64,000 bases of DNA from Selaginella moellendorffii (taxonomy: Eukaryota; Plantae; Lycopodiophyta), in contig NW_003314266.1 in assembly GCF_000143415.4 (NCBI RefSeq), forward strand, positions 199,329 to 263,328, in the 5' to 3' direction. Shown here one piece after another: positions 38,641-50,183 of this stretch. The notes below the pieces were generated by a model. The model had not been told where the DNA came from. It saw only the letters and a list, made by a program, of their open reading frames with translations, and did no database searches. The position numbers and the translations under genes were made by a program. Numbering within the stretch: the first letter of the stretch is position 1; the number at the start of each line of letters is the position of its first letter.

Positions 38641-39864
38641 CTAATGTGTGCTTTCTTGACCTTTATTATAAACATTAGTTATACTTGTAAAGTCCACAAG
38701 TTGCCCAAAGTGCATTCTTGTTGAAGGAGAATGTCCACTAGGCTTGCATGAATTTTATGTTGCAGTTTCACATAAAAATTGAGAGTAGTTATGTGATCAG
38801 AGGGACAAGGACAATGCCCACCACCACTTTGAATGGGATTCATTCCAGGAAACCTAGGCAATGGCTTCACTGGGAACACCACTTTTTAGAAGTATGGTTT
38901 CACCTCCATAAAATCCGAAGGCAGTGACTTTTTGGAAGGCCAATGTGACACTGCATGTGGTGGCCATGGTGGACAATCAGATTCTAGACCCACGCTTACG
39001 TGGAGCAGGGTCTTCTACTGTCGCCAAAGATTCAAATATGATACCATGGATGGGCATATGCAAACACTATTGCATTGCACTCTGCTTTGAAATCCTTTCA
39101 AAAAAATCTCTTAATGTATTGCTTTTGCAACACATTGCATTTCTGGGCATGGGGCATCTTGCCAATCCATGGAGACTGATCGCAATTCTCCAAGAGATCC
39201 TGGTGGGAGCAATTGCCATTCTGAGACCATTCTTAAATGTGTGAATTCTGTTAACTAAGGAGAAGAAAGTCAGATTTGAGCTGTCCATTTGAAGGAAAAT
39301 CTTGCAACGATCAAAACTCCTTGGTTACAATGCCAGCCCAATATCTTTTCACTATTAATTCCCTTTCTTGTCACACAGCAAACTCTAAATTCTCGTTGCC
39401 CCGGGCATTCTCTTGTGCCAATAGCTCTCACACAATAAGGTTCCGTTTTGGCCGTTTGGGAGGATGGCTGCTGCTTTGGCTTGCCAATACCAGCAAGAGA
39501 GGAGGTAAGCACTCAGGATCGCTAGCAGCATTTTCTGCTGACCTCCTCTTTTGCTGGTAGCTGCTATTGGCAGCAGCAACTGCATAGCATGATCTCTTGG
39601 CTAAATTCTGTTAGATTACTCCCCATTGGCAAAAAGATGGGATGGATCTCATGATCACTATCGTGAGAAACATGATACCTCCTCTTTTGGTGGTTGCTAC
39701 TTTGGCTTGCTGATGGCTACCAAACCAGCAAGAGCGATCATAAGCAGATCATGAGCAGCATGATACCTCCTCTTTTGCTGGTAGCTGCTAGGAGCTGCTA
39801 TTGGCAAGCAGCAGCCAGCACAACACGATAGAGGCCTCTATAAACTCTTTGCTCGCTTCATGTT

Positions 39865-39953
39865 GGTATAGATCACTCCCCATTGAGATTCCTCTTCTCC
39901 TCTAGAGAAGAGGAATCTCAAAAGGAATCTCAATGGGGAGTGTGATCTATTCC
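39865..39953. repeat. Fold-back inverted repeat (hairpin)
   Basis: ATAGATCACTCCCCATTGAGATTCCTCTTCTC - CTCTA - GAGAAGAGGAATCTCAA...TGGGGAGTGTGATCTAT. Confidence 0.85.
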
Positions 39954-40785
39954 AGGAGATCTTCTCTTAGGTCCTGGGGTAGGAATTGGTTTGTGGGCTC
40001 TTTTCCCGTTTCTAGTTTGAACGAATGAAGTGATTCTTCTAGGATCTCTCCCTTGTCAATCCATTGAGACTCAAAAAGGATTTGGCTCAAGAATCACAAG
40101 TGGGTGTTTAGTAGAAACACATTTTTATCTCTCTTGGTTCCATTCCATTATGTAGATCAATGCGAATGCTTGATTTGATGAAAAACACAGGAGGAGCATA
40201 CGATGAAACAGGTGTAAAGGAAAAGTACTAGTGTAGTGTATGTGATCATGGGATAAGATTTGGATATACTGTCACCGTGGATCCTTGGAACCTTGGGGGG
40301 GTTGCTAGTCAATAGTCAATGAGGATATTGACATCTCTGAAGGGGGAGTGAGTGTAGTAGCTAGTTTATACAATGAAAGGATTGGTAGATTTAGTGTGGA
40401 AATGGAAGTGCTGGTTCCCCTTGGCTCAGTAGGAGTTGCTAGTCAATAGTCAATGAGGATAGTAGGGGTTGCTAGTCAATAGTCAATGAAGATATTGACA
40501 TCTCTGAAGGGGGGGTGAGTGTAGCGCATGTGATCATGGGATAAGATTTGGATATACTGTCACCGTGGATCCTTGGAACCTTGGGGGATAAATAAGGATA
40601 AATATGGAAAGGGAATACAGAAATGTGCATATCAATTAGCCCAAAAACCCTAGCTTATATACAGAAGCGAGTGGTCCGGATTGAAACCAATCCGACGGCT
40701 ACCAAAATCCCACTACACTAATATTAGTATACGGCATCGTAGCCGTCCTCACATCATCCCCTCCTCTCGGAATAATGGAAGGCCG

Positions 40786-43700
40786 TCAAGGTTCTCTTGT
40801 AGATGGGCCGGGATCTGGAGGAACGTCAGGAGGAGGCATCGGTGGATCTGTAGACGGTATTAACTGCTCCTGATCCCTATGTATGAAGCGTTTTAACCGC
40901 TGCACATGCACAATCTCCGGAGGATCGGCCTGCTGAACGTTATGCCGAACCTCATAAACTTGTGGTCCAACTTGCCGCAACACCCGATACGGTCCTTTCC
41001 ACTGCGCAAGGAGCCCCTTAGATAAACCACGTACCGTAAGATGGGGAAAACGGACTAACACCAAATCATCCACTTTGTACTCCGCAGGTGGACGATGATG
41101 GGAATTGTAGCGCTGTTGTTGTCCCACTTGTACGCGGCCTAGGTGTTCAGCAGACTCTGCTCGGACAAGTGGAAGAATGCTTGTCAAATATTGATCCCAT
41201 AACCTAGCATCAGGAGCTCGTGGCAATTGCGATGGTAAACCCAGCTCTGTTGGTAATATTGGATCATGACCATATAAAAGTTTATATGGTGAAGCACCAA
41301 CAAAACTCTGCACCCCTGTGACATAGGCATACCGAAGAGACGGCAAATAACCATCCCAATCCGAATGCTGAAAGTTCACATACTTAGCAATCATCCCTTT
41401 GAATATCCGAACGAGCCGTTCCACCAAACCGTCTAATTGTGGATGATAAGCACTCATAAAAGTGTGGCGTATCCCCAACCAAGATGTCAAAATATGAAAT
41501 ACCTCAGCCATAAATGCAGGACCATTATCCGAAAGAATCCGCTCTGGACAAGAATGCTGGAACACCACTCGATTGAGGAGGAAGTATCCAACAGCAGTTG
41601 CAGAGGCACTAGCAAGAGCACCAACTTCCACCCAACGAGTCAAGTAGTCAGAAGCAATAATAACATACTCATTGCCAGCAGTCGATCGTGGAAAAGGTCC
41701 CATAAGATCAAATGCCACCAACTCAAACGGACGAGAATCTGCAATTGACTCCAACCGTCCTTCCGCAGCACAAGGGGGAGTATTACGAGCTTGGCACCAA
41801 ACGCAGCTACGCACATACCGGATAATATCACGTCGCATCTCTGGCCAATAGAAAGATCTGCGCAGCTTCTCGGTGACACGACGGTGTCCCATATGCCCAC
41901 CTAGAACAGGAGAATCATGGTAGGCATGGAGAAACCGCAGAATAAACACCGAAGGCACCACCAGCCGTAAATGATCATCAGGATCCGTCCCCACAAAATA
42001 AAGAAGGCCATCTTCAAGGCGATATTGAGAATGTAAATGCCGGAATGGCAAGTTATCAACAAGTGATGCAGGATTCTCAAACCTATCTCGAAGCCTTCGA
42101 ATCCACGGCTCAATCTTTTGAGCCTCGCAAACCTCATCAAGAGAAGGTAAATCTTGCTCTGCGCCCTGTGGACACTGAACGTCAAGGACAGCAACCGCCG
42201 ACGGCACAGAATCCTCATCTAGAAAATCCACAGATGCTGGAACAACAGGTTCGTCAGAAACATGAGAAGTGAGTGGAGAAGGAAGAGGAGCTCGAGAAAG
42301 GGCATCAGCATCAGCCATAGAACTCCCTGGGCGATGAACAACATCGAAATCATATATCTGAAGCTTCAAAGCCCATCGAGCCATACGACCAACCAGGTTC
42401 TTTCGCTTCAATAATGAAGTAACAGCAGCATGGTCACCTTCAAGTAACGTCCGAGAACCATGTAGATATGCATGAAGTTTCTCGAAACCCCAGACTACTG
42501 CTAAACACTCCTTCTCCGTCGTAGAGTAGTTCATCTCCGCTGGTTGTAATGTACGGCTTATGTATGCAATGGGATGGCGCTGACCAGGCACACTCGAGCT
42601 CTCTTGCATCAACACACCTCCAAGACCAATGTCAGAGGCATCCACGCGCAAAATAAAAGGTCGAGTGTAGTCAGGATATGCCAAAACCGGAGGAGTCGTC
42701 AATAGCTCTTTGAGATTCACGAACGTCTGCTCACAATCCGGAGACCAGATGAAAGATGACGTTGATGACTTCAGCAACGCTCGCAATGGTGTAGTGCGAT
42801 CAGAAAGATGATCCACAAAACGATCGAGATACTACACCTTACCCAAAAATCGCTGCACATCATTCACACACTTCGGAGTAGGGAACTTTAGAACAACCAC
42901 AAGTTTGTCAGGATCAACTTGCAAACCCTCACGAGAAATACGGTACCCAAGATAAGTTGTGTCCTTGGACCCAAACACACACTTTGACCGCTTCAGCTTT
43001 AAACCAACGTCGCGTAGCCGATCCAACACTTTACAAACATCAAGAAACGTGCTCCTCCCACGGCCCCTCCGAGTGGATCAAGACATCATCAATGAAGTCA
43101 GCCGTCACCTCCGGCATATCGCAAAGAACCTTGTCCATCATCCGCTGAAAAGTTGCTGGAGCATTGTTCAAACCAAACGGCATCACCAAGAACTCGTACA
43201 AACCAAATGGTGTACGAAAAGCAATCTTAGGAATATCTTCTTCAGACATCGGTACTTGCCAATACCCAGAAGCAAAATCTAGCTTGGTGAACCAACGACT
43301 TCGCCCCAGACGATCCAAGAGATCAGCAGTGTGAGGAAGAGGGTACACGTCCAGGATCGTCACTTCATTTAATGGACGATAGTCGATGCAGAAATGAATA
43401 CTCCTATCAGGTTTCGTCACAAGATGAGGTTCACATGCCCAAGGACTCCGCGACTTCCGAATAACACCCTTCTCCAACATCTCCTTGACGTTTGCACGTA
43501 AAATCTTGATCTCCTTGGGTGACCGACGACGAATAGGAACCTTGATTGGACGACCAGTTGGAATGGAATGACATGTGGCAATCTTGGCCCCAGATGATAG
43601 GTCAAATTCAAAGAGATCAGAATACTCCTTCATGAGCTGGTCAACAACTGCAACATAAAGATCATCGGAGGGATTGGAAAAGGAAAGAGCAGAACAAGAT

Positions 43701-44269
43701 GGAAACACAAGAGGAAATAGTGGGGGAACAAAAGTAATGGAAGCAAAGGTAGAAGTAGAGGGACGAAGAGGTACAGAAGTGAGAGGAATGGATGAAACAT
43801 AAGGAAGTATAAGACAAGGGGGAGAAGCCTCAAAGTCACACTTGGCATGATTGCACTGCAACCAATCTATACCAAGAATGAGGTCAAAAGCTTGACTCGG
43901 CACCACCCGCAACGACTGCAACTCAAGCTCGAGATCGCCCACACGCACAACCAGGTCCGCCTCATCTCGTGCACATGCATGTGTACGGCCGTTGCCATAA
44001 AGAATGAAAACTGGATCTGCCGCACGACGCAAGTGTAGACGACAACGTATGGCAACAGGTCGAGCAATAGAAGATAAACTCGAACCTGTATCAACCAACA
44101 CGGAGAGAAGAATAGGAGACCTCGTGTTATAAAAACGAGCTTGGAAAGTAAACACTGGATGAACCGGTGCCGAGTGAACCCCTTGATGATACTCTTGAAA
44201 GAAAGATGGAGGGGTCACTAACTTATTCGTGCAAGGTCCCTCAATTACTCGCGCGACTCCTCGTTTCCC
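40786..44269 (-). pseudogene. pol: Gypsy Pol (PR, RT, RNase H, INT) with one frameshift (about 43045) and one in-frame stop (42832-42834)
   Basis: VLVDTGSS, LDFASGYWQ, MPFGLNNAPATFQ, FIDDVLI, VDASDIGLG, YSTTEKECL, HDSPVLGGH...CVWCQ, LSDNGPAF, YHPQLDGLVER, WKGPYRV. Confidence 0.93.
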
Positions 44270-45177
44270 GAATGCACCTCGGTATCCAAACCTTCCACCG
44301 CAGCAGCACCAACGGGACGTTGCTGACGCCAAGGTCTCCACCCAAGAAATGGAGGTTGCCAATCTGGAAAGCGCCGACAACGCCGATAAGTATGACCAAC
44401 TTCATCACACGCCCAGCAACGAACATCACGGCCACGACCACGTCCTCGCCCTTGTCCTTGGACTTGAGTAGCAGCAGCATCAACCTCCATGGGAACAGGA
44501 CCATCACTCATAGGAAGTGGAGCTGAAGGACGTGTAGCAAGAAGGGGAAGAGGCAACGTCTCATAACGTTGTGCCAAGCGAAGAGCATTGTCAAGAGTGG
44601 CAGGAGCAAGTGCATGCACAAGTCCGACAAGATCTTGATGAAGTGCTGGCCACAACATTCCTAGCTTGATCCGCTCCAACATATTTGGCTCCGCACGAAG
44701 TAAAAGACTTCGGAAACGAACGCCAAATTGCATCACCGACTCAGATGGCCCTTGGCGAAGACGATGCAATTGTTGGAAGGCATCGTCACAATCGTCAGCG
44801 TATCCGAAGGCGTGTTTGAAGACGTCCAGAAGAACACTCCAATCGCCACAAGTGGCTGCGCTCAATCCATTGTACCACTGCAATGCCGTCCCTTGGAGAC
44901 ATGTGGGGAACTCACGCAAACGTCGAGCATCATTCCAAGAATGATATGTGGCAATCACCGTGAAGTGATCGAACCAATGGTACACATCATCCCCAGGATT
45001 CCCAGGAAAGAACTCCGGCTGAACGCGAGGATTGGCACCAAGAGCAGGAGGAGTTGTACCATGTGCCGTGAACGCCACCATCAATTGAGTTTGGTTGTTC
45101 AATTGCAAGCGCATAGCATCAAGCAATTGAACCAACTGCTGCTCTAGAGTCAAAGGAGGAGATTGCGGATCGGCCAT
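44245..45177 (-). CDS. gag: Gypsy Gag with CCHC zinc knuckle
   Basis: Open 310 aa ORF; LRQGPSESVMQF and CWACDEVGHTYRRC. Confidence 0.92.
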   Translation of the reverse strand: MADPQSPPLTLEQQLVQLLDAMRLQLNNQTQLMVAFTAHGTTPPALGANPRVQPEFFPGNPGDDVYHWFDHFTVIATYHSWNDARRLREFPTCLQGTALQWYNGLSAATCGDWSVLLDVFKHAFGYADDCDDAFQQLHRLRQGPSESVMQFGVRFRSLLLRAEPNMLERIKLGMLWPALHQDLVGLVHALAPATLDNALRLAQRYETLPLPLLATRPSAPLPMSDGPVPMEVDAAATQVQGQGRGRGRGRDVRCWACDEVGHTYRRCRRFPDWQPPFLGWRPWRQQRPVGAAAVEGLDTEVHSGNEESRE

Positions 45178-46163
45178 GAAGATGAATGAAAACGAAAGAG
45201 CAAAAGAAGAGAAATGACAAAAAGCTGGAAAGAAATGGTAGATCTAGACAATGCAAAAAGCTAGATCTAAACCAAAATCCTGAAAGGAAAGAACAAAAGA
45301 AAGGAAATGGAAAAAGCTAGATCTAGACAATGCAAAAGCTAGATCTAAACCGAAATCCCAAATCCAAGCACTCCCCAGGGACAATCAAAGGTGCCCCTCA
45401 CCTCCATCAATGTGAGTGCATGGAATATGGAAAGGGAATATAGAAATGTGCATATCAATTAGCCCAAAAACCCTAGTTTATATACAGGAGCGAGTGGTCC
45501 GGATTGAAACCAATCCGACGGCTACCAAAATCCCACTACACTAATATTAGTATACGGTATCGTAGCCGTACATTTGGCCCTCATGGGGTCAATATCTCTA
45601 AAGGGGGGGTGAGTGTAGTGCATGTGATCATGGGATAAGATTTAGATATACTGTCACTGTGGATCCTTGGAACCTTGGGGGATAAATAAGGATAAAATAG
45701 CCACTAAGGGCTCTCTCATTAAGTAATTGCCCCTTTTCCAGTTGGCTTAAGAGGAGAGAGATAAGGTGCGCTACAATTGGGCTTGTAGTGATACACTATT
45801 TCTTGATTTATATACACATTCTAGTTTCTTTGATTGTGCCTTGATCTCTCTTTGGTTCCAAGACTCCCACTCGATCTGATGTCTTTTAATCAGATTTCTA
45901 CTTCCCTGTGAGACCAGTTTGAGTTGTCGTTATAGTCGTTCAAACTATTAGATTTCAATTGTAGTGCAGATCTGAAGTCAGCTTTATTGTGGGGATGTAT
46001 TTCAGCTTGACTTCTTCTCTCTTGATCTGCTCCTTGATAAAGTAATGAAACATCTTAAAGTGTTTGTTTAAACCACACTTTTGTTCTCCCTCTAGATCCA
46101 CTATATTAAATATTCCTTTAGAATATTTTTGCCCCACTTGTCAGCCACGAGAATCAAATCCAA

Positions 46164-46267
46164 TGTTAGGATCTTATCCTTTACACCCTAAGTCAACTGG
46201 CTAAAGGGGTGATCACTTGATTGTAGGGCCCTTTCTTTATCTTATTATCTTGACCTAGTACCTAACA
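46164..46267. mobile_element. Possible 104 bp solo LTR inside the Copia RNase H region
   Basis: TGTTAGG...CCTAACA inverted termini interrupting the reading frame. No clear TSD. Confidence 0.4.
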
Positions 46268-49200
46268 CATGATGCATTGGATTCATGATTGACTGAAAAC
46301 ATATTGACACTTGTCAATTTTAAGAGGCAAGAACCACTGAATGTCTACAATGATAACATAAATCCAAAAGCTTCCTTAATAGCTTTCATAATAGCATTCA
46401 CAAGTAGACAATGCCACCATCCTTTGTTTCTAACTACAACTGATCTCCTATTATCCAAATCACCAACAAGATCATAATCTACTATTCCATATAGTATAAG
46501 TGCACCCAATTCAATTTCTCCTCCTACCATCCCCTTAAAGCAATGAAATTTGTAATACATAGTTAAAAATCCACTTTATTGCATACCAATATCTCTTTCT
46601 AGGATTCTACATGAACTAGCACACTCTAGAAACAATTGCAGCTATGTCTAGTCTACTTGATGTGGCTAAATACATCAACACTCCAACCATATTTTGATAT
46701 GGTAGCTTAGCCATCTCCTTCTTCTCCCCCTCGGAACGTGGTTGATTTGCTTTAGAGAGCTTGTTGAATTGCAATGCTAGAGTTGGAGTTAGGGGTGCAA
46801 TAAAGAAACCACCATATTCCTCAATAAGACTTAAACAAAAGGAAATTTTGCTATATTTGGAGAGTTGTTCTTTAAGCCATTTAAGATTTGCTGTCCTTCC
46901 GGCCATTATGAGATTGTCAACATAAACACACAGAACAATAAGTGAGCCATCGTGAAAACAATAATATAGATTCCAATTTACTTCTACATGAGGGAAACCA
47001 GAGTTAGAAAAAACTTGTGCAAGGTATTATACCAAATCCTTAGTGACTGTTTTAAATGAGTTTATAAATATAGCACTCCTTCCTTTAGATTTGGAGGTTG
47101 TTGCATATATACCAATTCCTCCAGCTGGCCATTGAGGAATGCATTCTTGACATTCATTTGCTCAATCTCAAGGTCTAAATGATTAGCAATTGCAATAATA
47201 AAACAAATAAAAACCATTTTAACTATAGGTGAGAAATTCTCACTATAATTGATTCCAGCTCATTATGTGTATCCTTTTGTGACTAACCTTGCTTTATACC
47301 AATCAATTTTACTTGTCTCCATATATTTTATTTTGTGAACCCAGTTACATTGTATGATTGAAACTTTACAAGGAACCTCCTGTGATGAAATGAGTGTCCA
47401 AGAATCACTCTCCAATTGAGCATGATATTTATCTTGCATTGCTTCTCGCTAATGAAAATATTGCAATCCAAAGTGTGCTTCATCTAAGTTTGTTGGCTAG
47501 TGAATGACTTTTGCGGCTTGTGCATAATAATGTAGAATGTGGGATGTAGGTTTTCAAGGTTTGAGAGAATGTCTTGGTAGTGAACTAGCATTTGGAGCAT
47601 CCAAAGATTCACCATTCTCTCACTCTAATAAGCCACTTTCTCTAGATCATAAATAATATCCAACTCACTAGAATTCTGAAGTGAAGTACCTTGTTTTGAG
47701 AGTTTAGAGCCATTATCATCCATATCTTGAGGTGGTAGTGGATCCTTAGGTGGTGGTTCAAGAGGTAGCAGTAGTGGTGGTTTAAGAGGTAGTAGCAGTG
47801 GTGGTTCCATTGAAGAAGTCGCTGGAGTTGATACCACTTCCTCATCACTATTATTTCCATGTGCACTGATTAGAATTGAATGTAAAAAATACTTGGCATC
47901 TTTCTTATTACTGATTGATGAGGCAGAGTACACTAGTACATCTTCTTGAAAGAAAACAGTACACCTAACCAACACCTTCTTATGACTGAAAATCCAAACC
48001 CAAGCCACCTCTAGTATTCTCACTATAGCCAAGCATCATGCATCTCATTGAGTGATCTTCCAATTTATTTCATCTTTCCTCAACTGAAATGTATGCTACA
48101 CACCCAAACACACATAAGTATGTAGCAGATGGTTTCAAACCTGTCTAAATTTCATATAACATTTTGTCTAGTATTGCTTTTATAGGCAGAATATTTTGCA
48201 CATGAACTGCAGTATTCACAACCTCAGCCCAAAAGAATACTAAAACATTTTGATCTAGCTACATTAAGGACTGTTAACATCTTTCGCTCCACGACCCTAT
48301 TTTGACCATGTTCATATGGTGCAGAGATTTGGAGGAAGATACCACATGATGCACGGATTGTCCAGAATTCTCGTGAAAGAAGTTCCCATCCTCCATTGAC
48401 TTTCAGTGTGCAGATTGTCATCGCATATTTATTTTCTAACTCTCAAATCCATTCCAAGAACTTATATGAGGCACCTCAGATTTCTGTCATTAGAAATGTA
48501 ATGACTTAGATTGTCCACAAATTAGTAGGAAGGAACAAACACCATTGAGTGACTTTATTGGTGATGCTCCCCAAATGTCAACATGAACTAAGTCTAAAAC
48601 GTTTTACCTTGAATAGACACTTTCTTTGGAAGTGGTTTCTTTTTCATCTTAGCTTGAAGATATAATTTATGTTCTTCAAGTTTGGCACCAAATACTCGCT
48701 TTATCAACATTGGTCTCGCAGTGATGTCATTCTGTTTGAAATCTTCATACTGTCACTAATATGCTTGTAAAGGCTCCATTCACACCCTATGACCACTCCC
48801 AATACCTTCTTCTTGGAGAACTTGGCTTCCATGATGGAAAACCATCAAAATGCATTATCATGAGAAAGAAGAAACTTCCCTTCTTCCTTTCCCCTCAACT
48901 TGAGCCCTTACTATCTAGCCTATTCTTGCCTTAAAGGAGAAACATTCAGATCCATATTGGAAAAGCCAGAGCCCAAGAAAAGAGAATCTTTTGATTTCTC
49001 TGATACTATGATGAAACAAGTGTAAAGGAAAAGTACTAGGCTTGTATTGATACTCCACTTCTTGATTTATATATATGTCCTAGTTCCTTTTGATTTCTCC
49101 TTGGTTCCAACAATCCACTTAGCAGGCCCACATGTAGGCTACAGTTCCAGAACCCAGCCTGTATCTGGTTACAGATGCTCAACTTTTGGAACCATGGTAT

Positions 49201-50183
49201 TGCTCATGCTCTTGCTTTCGTTTTTCATAGTGTACTTTTCCTTTCACAGGGTGACACCCCGCTCAAAAGAATAGTGAGCAATGGAAGCACACAGGAGGTA
49301 AGGAGCCAGACAAAGAGCGATCCCGCTTTGCCCTATAGTTGCTCACGTGAAAGTGTGACGTGAAATTCACTGGCAAACGTTTTCCTTTAGCAAGGACACC
49401 GGGATTCCTTCCGGGAAAACCAGGCAATGCCTTCCCTGCGACCAACACCTTTCGGAATCCTCACCTCCGCGTTCCCACAACCTTCTCCTTTTCGTCCTTC
49501 AGTGTTTTTAGCAAGATGCCGAACTTGGGTATTTGCTGCATGCTTATTTTGTCTCAAAGCCGGAACTTATTCTGAAACTCAGGTATCCAATCGCAGCACT
49601 CGTCCAAAAGTTATTGAATCTCCTCGTTACTTCCAGTCATCAGCTTGGAATTTACCAGGCAATAGTTCCCTTGTCAATCCCACTGCAAAGCAGCTTGGAC
49701 TGGAGAACACCCTGGTCTCGCTGGCCTAAATGGCCCAGCGAATCATTTCCAAAACGAAGCGGCTAATCACCACCCTTTCAGTGAAACCCCCAATCTCCGA
49801 CCTGGGCCGATAGACGGGCACCAAGTTCCTGGCAATTGTCATCGGTGGCAATTCTGGAGGGAGAAAACCCCCAAGAAATGGTGGCATGATCTCAGTGATC
49901 CCACAATCTTGTAAACAAGGGGATTGTTTCCCTCCGCTGCTATTCTCACCAAGGCTATTCTCACGCCCGGATCTCGTTGAGCATCTCTCGAGCGAAGGAA
50001 GGTGAAAAGGTTGCGAGGATGGCGATATGGAGAGGTAAAGGTTAAGATTTGCGGATCAAGGAATATGCTAGTTTTAAATTGATTAATAAATGTAAATTGT
50101 TTTCCACGGGATTAACGACCGAGCAAAAATGAGCCTCAAGAAACAATCCTGCTGTGGGAAAAACCAACCTCTTTTTTTTTACT

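Larger units (their letters stand above)
40601..45572 (-). mobile_element. Young Ty3/Gypsy (non-chromoviral) LTR retrotransposon
   Basis: LTRs 45411-45572 and 40601-40753 are near-identical. PPT at 40754-40768. PBS-like TGATGGAGGTGAGGGG at 45409-45394. PR-RT-RH-INT order; no chromodomain. Confidence 0.96.
40232..45775 (+). mobile_element. Small non-autonomous/rearranged LTR element inserted in the Copia 3' LTR
   Basis: Termini TGTAG...CTACA. Diverged 5 bp TSD ACTAG (40227-40231) / ATTGG (45776-45780). Complete 162 bp LTR at 45614-45775 preceded by PPT AAGGGGGGGTGAG. Partial LTR copies at 40232 and 40520. Confidence 0.75.
40201..49112 (-). mobile_element. Degenerate Ty1/Copia LTR retrotransposon (outer element of the nest)
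   Basis: 5' LTR 49009-49112. PBS TAGTATCAGAG (48998-49008, Met-tRNA type). INT (VHVDIWG, SAPYEHGQNRVVERK), RT (YKARLV, EQMNVKNAFLNG) and RNase H in Copia order, with many stops. PPT at about 45864-45872. 3' LTR split into 45781-45863 and 40201-40231. Confidence 0.9.

Noticed and set aside
40290-40490. Thrice-repeated 22-mer resembling a CRISPR repeat
   Set aside because: Eukaryotic LTR context, irregular spacing, no cas genes.
42832-42834. In-frame TAG in pol as programmed readthrough
   Set aside because: Lies within RT next to a separate frameshift; a simple inactivating mutation is more likely.
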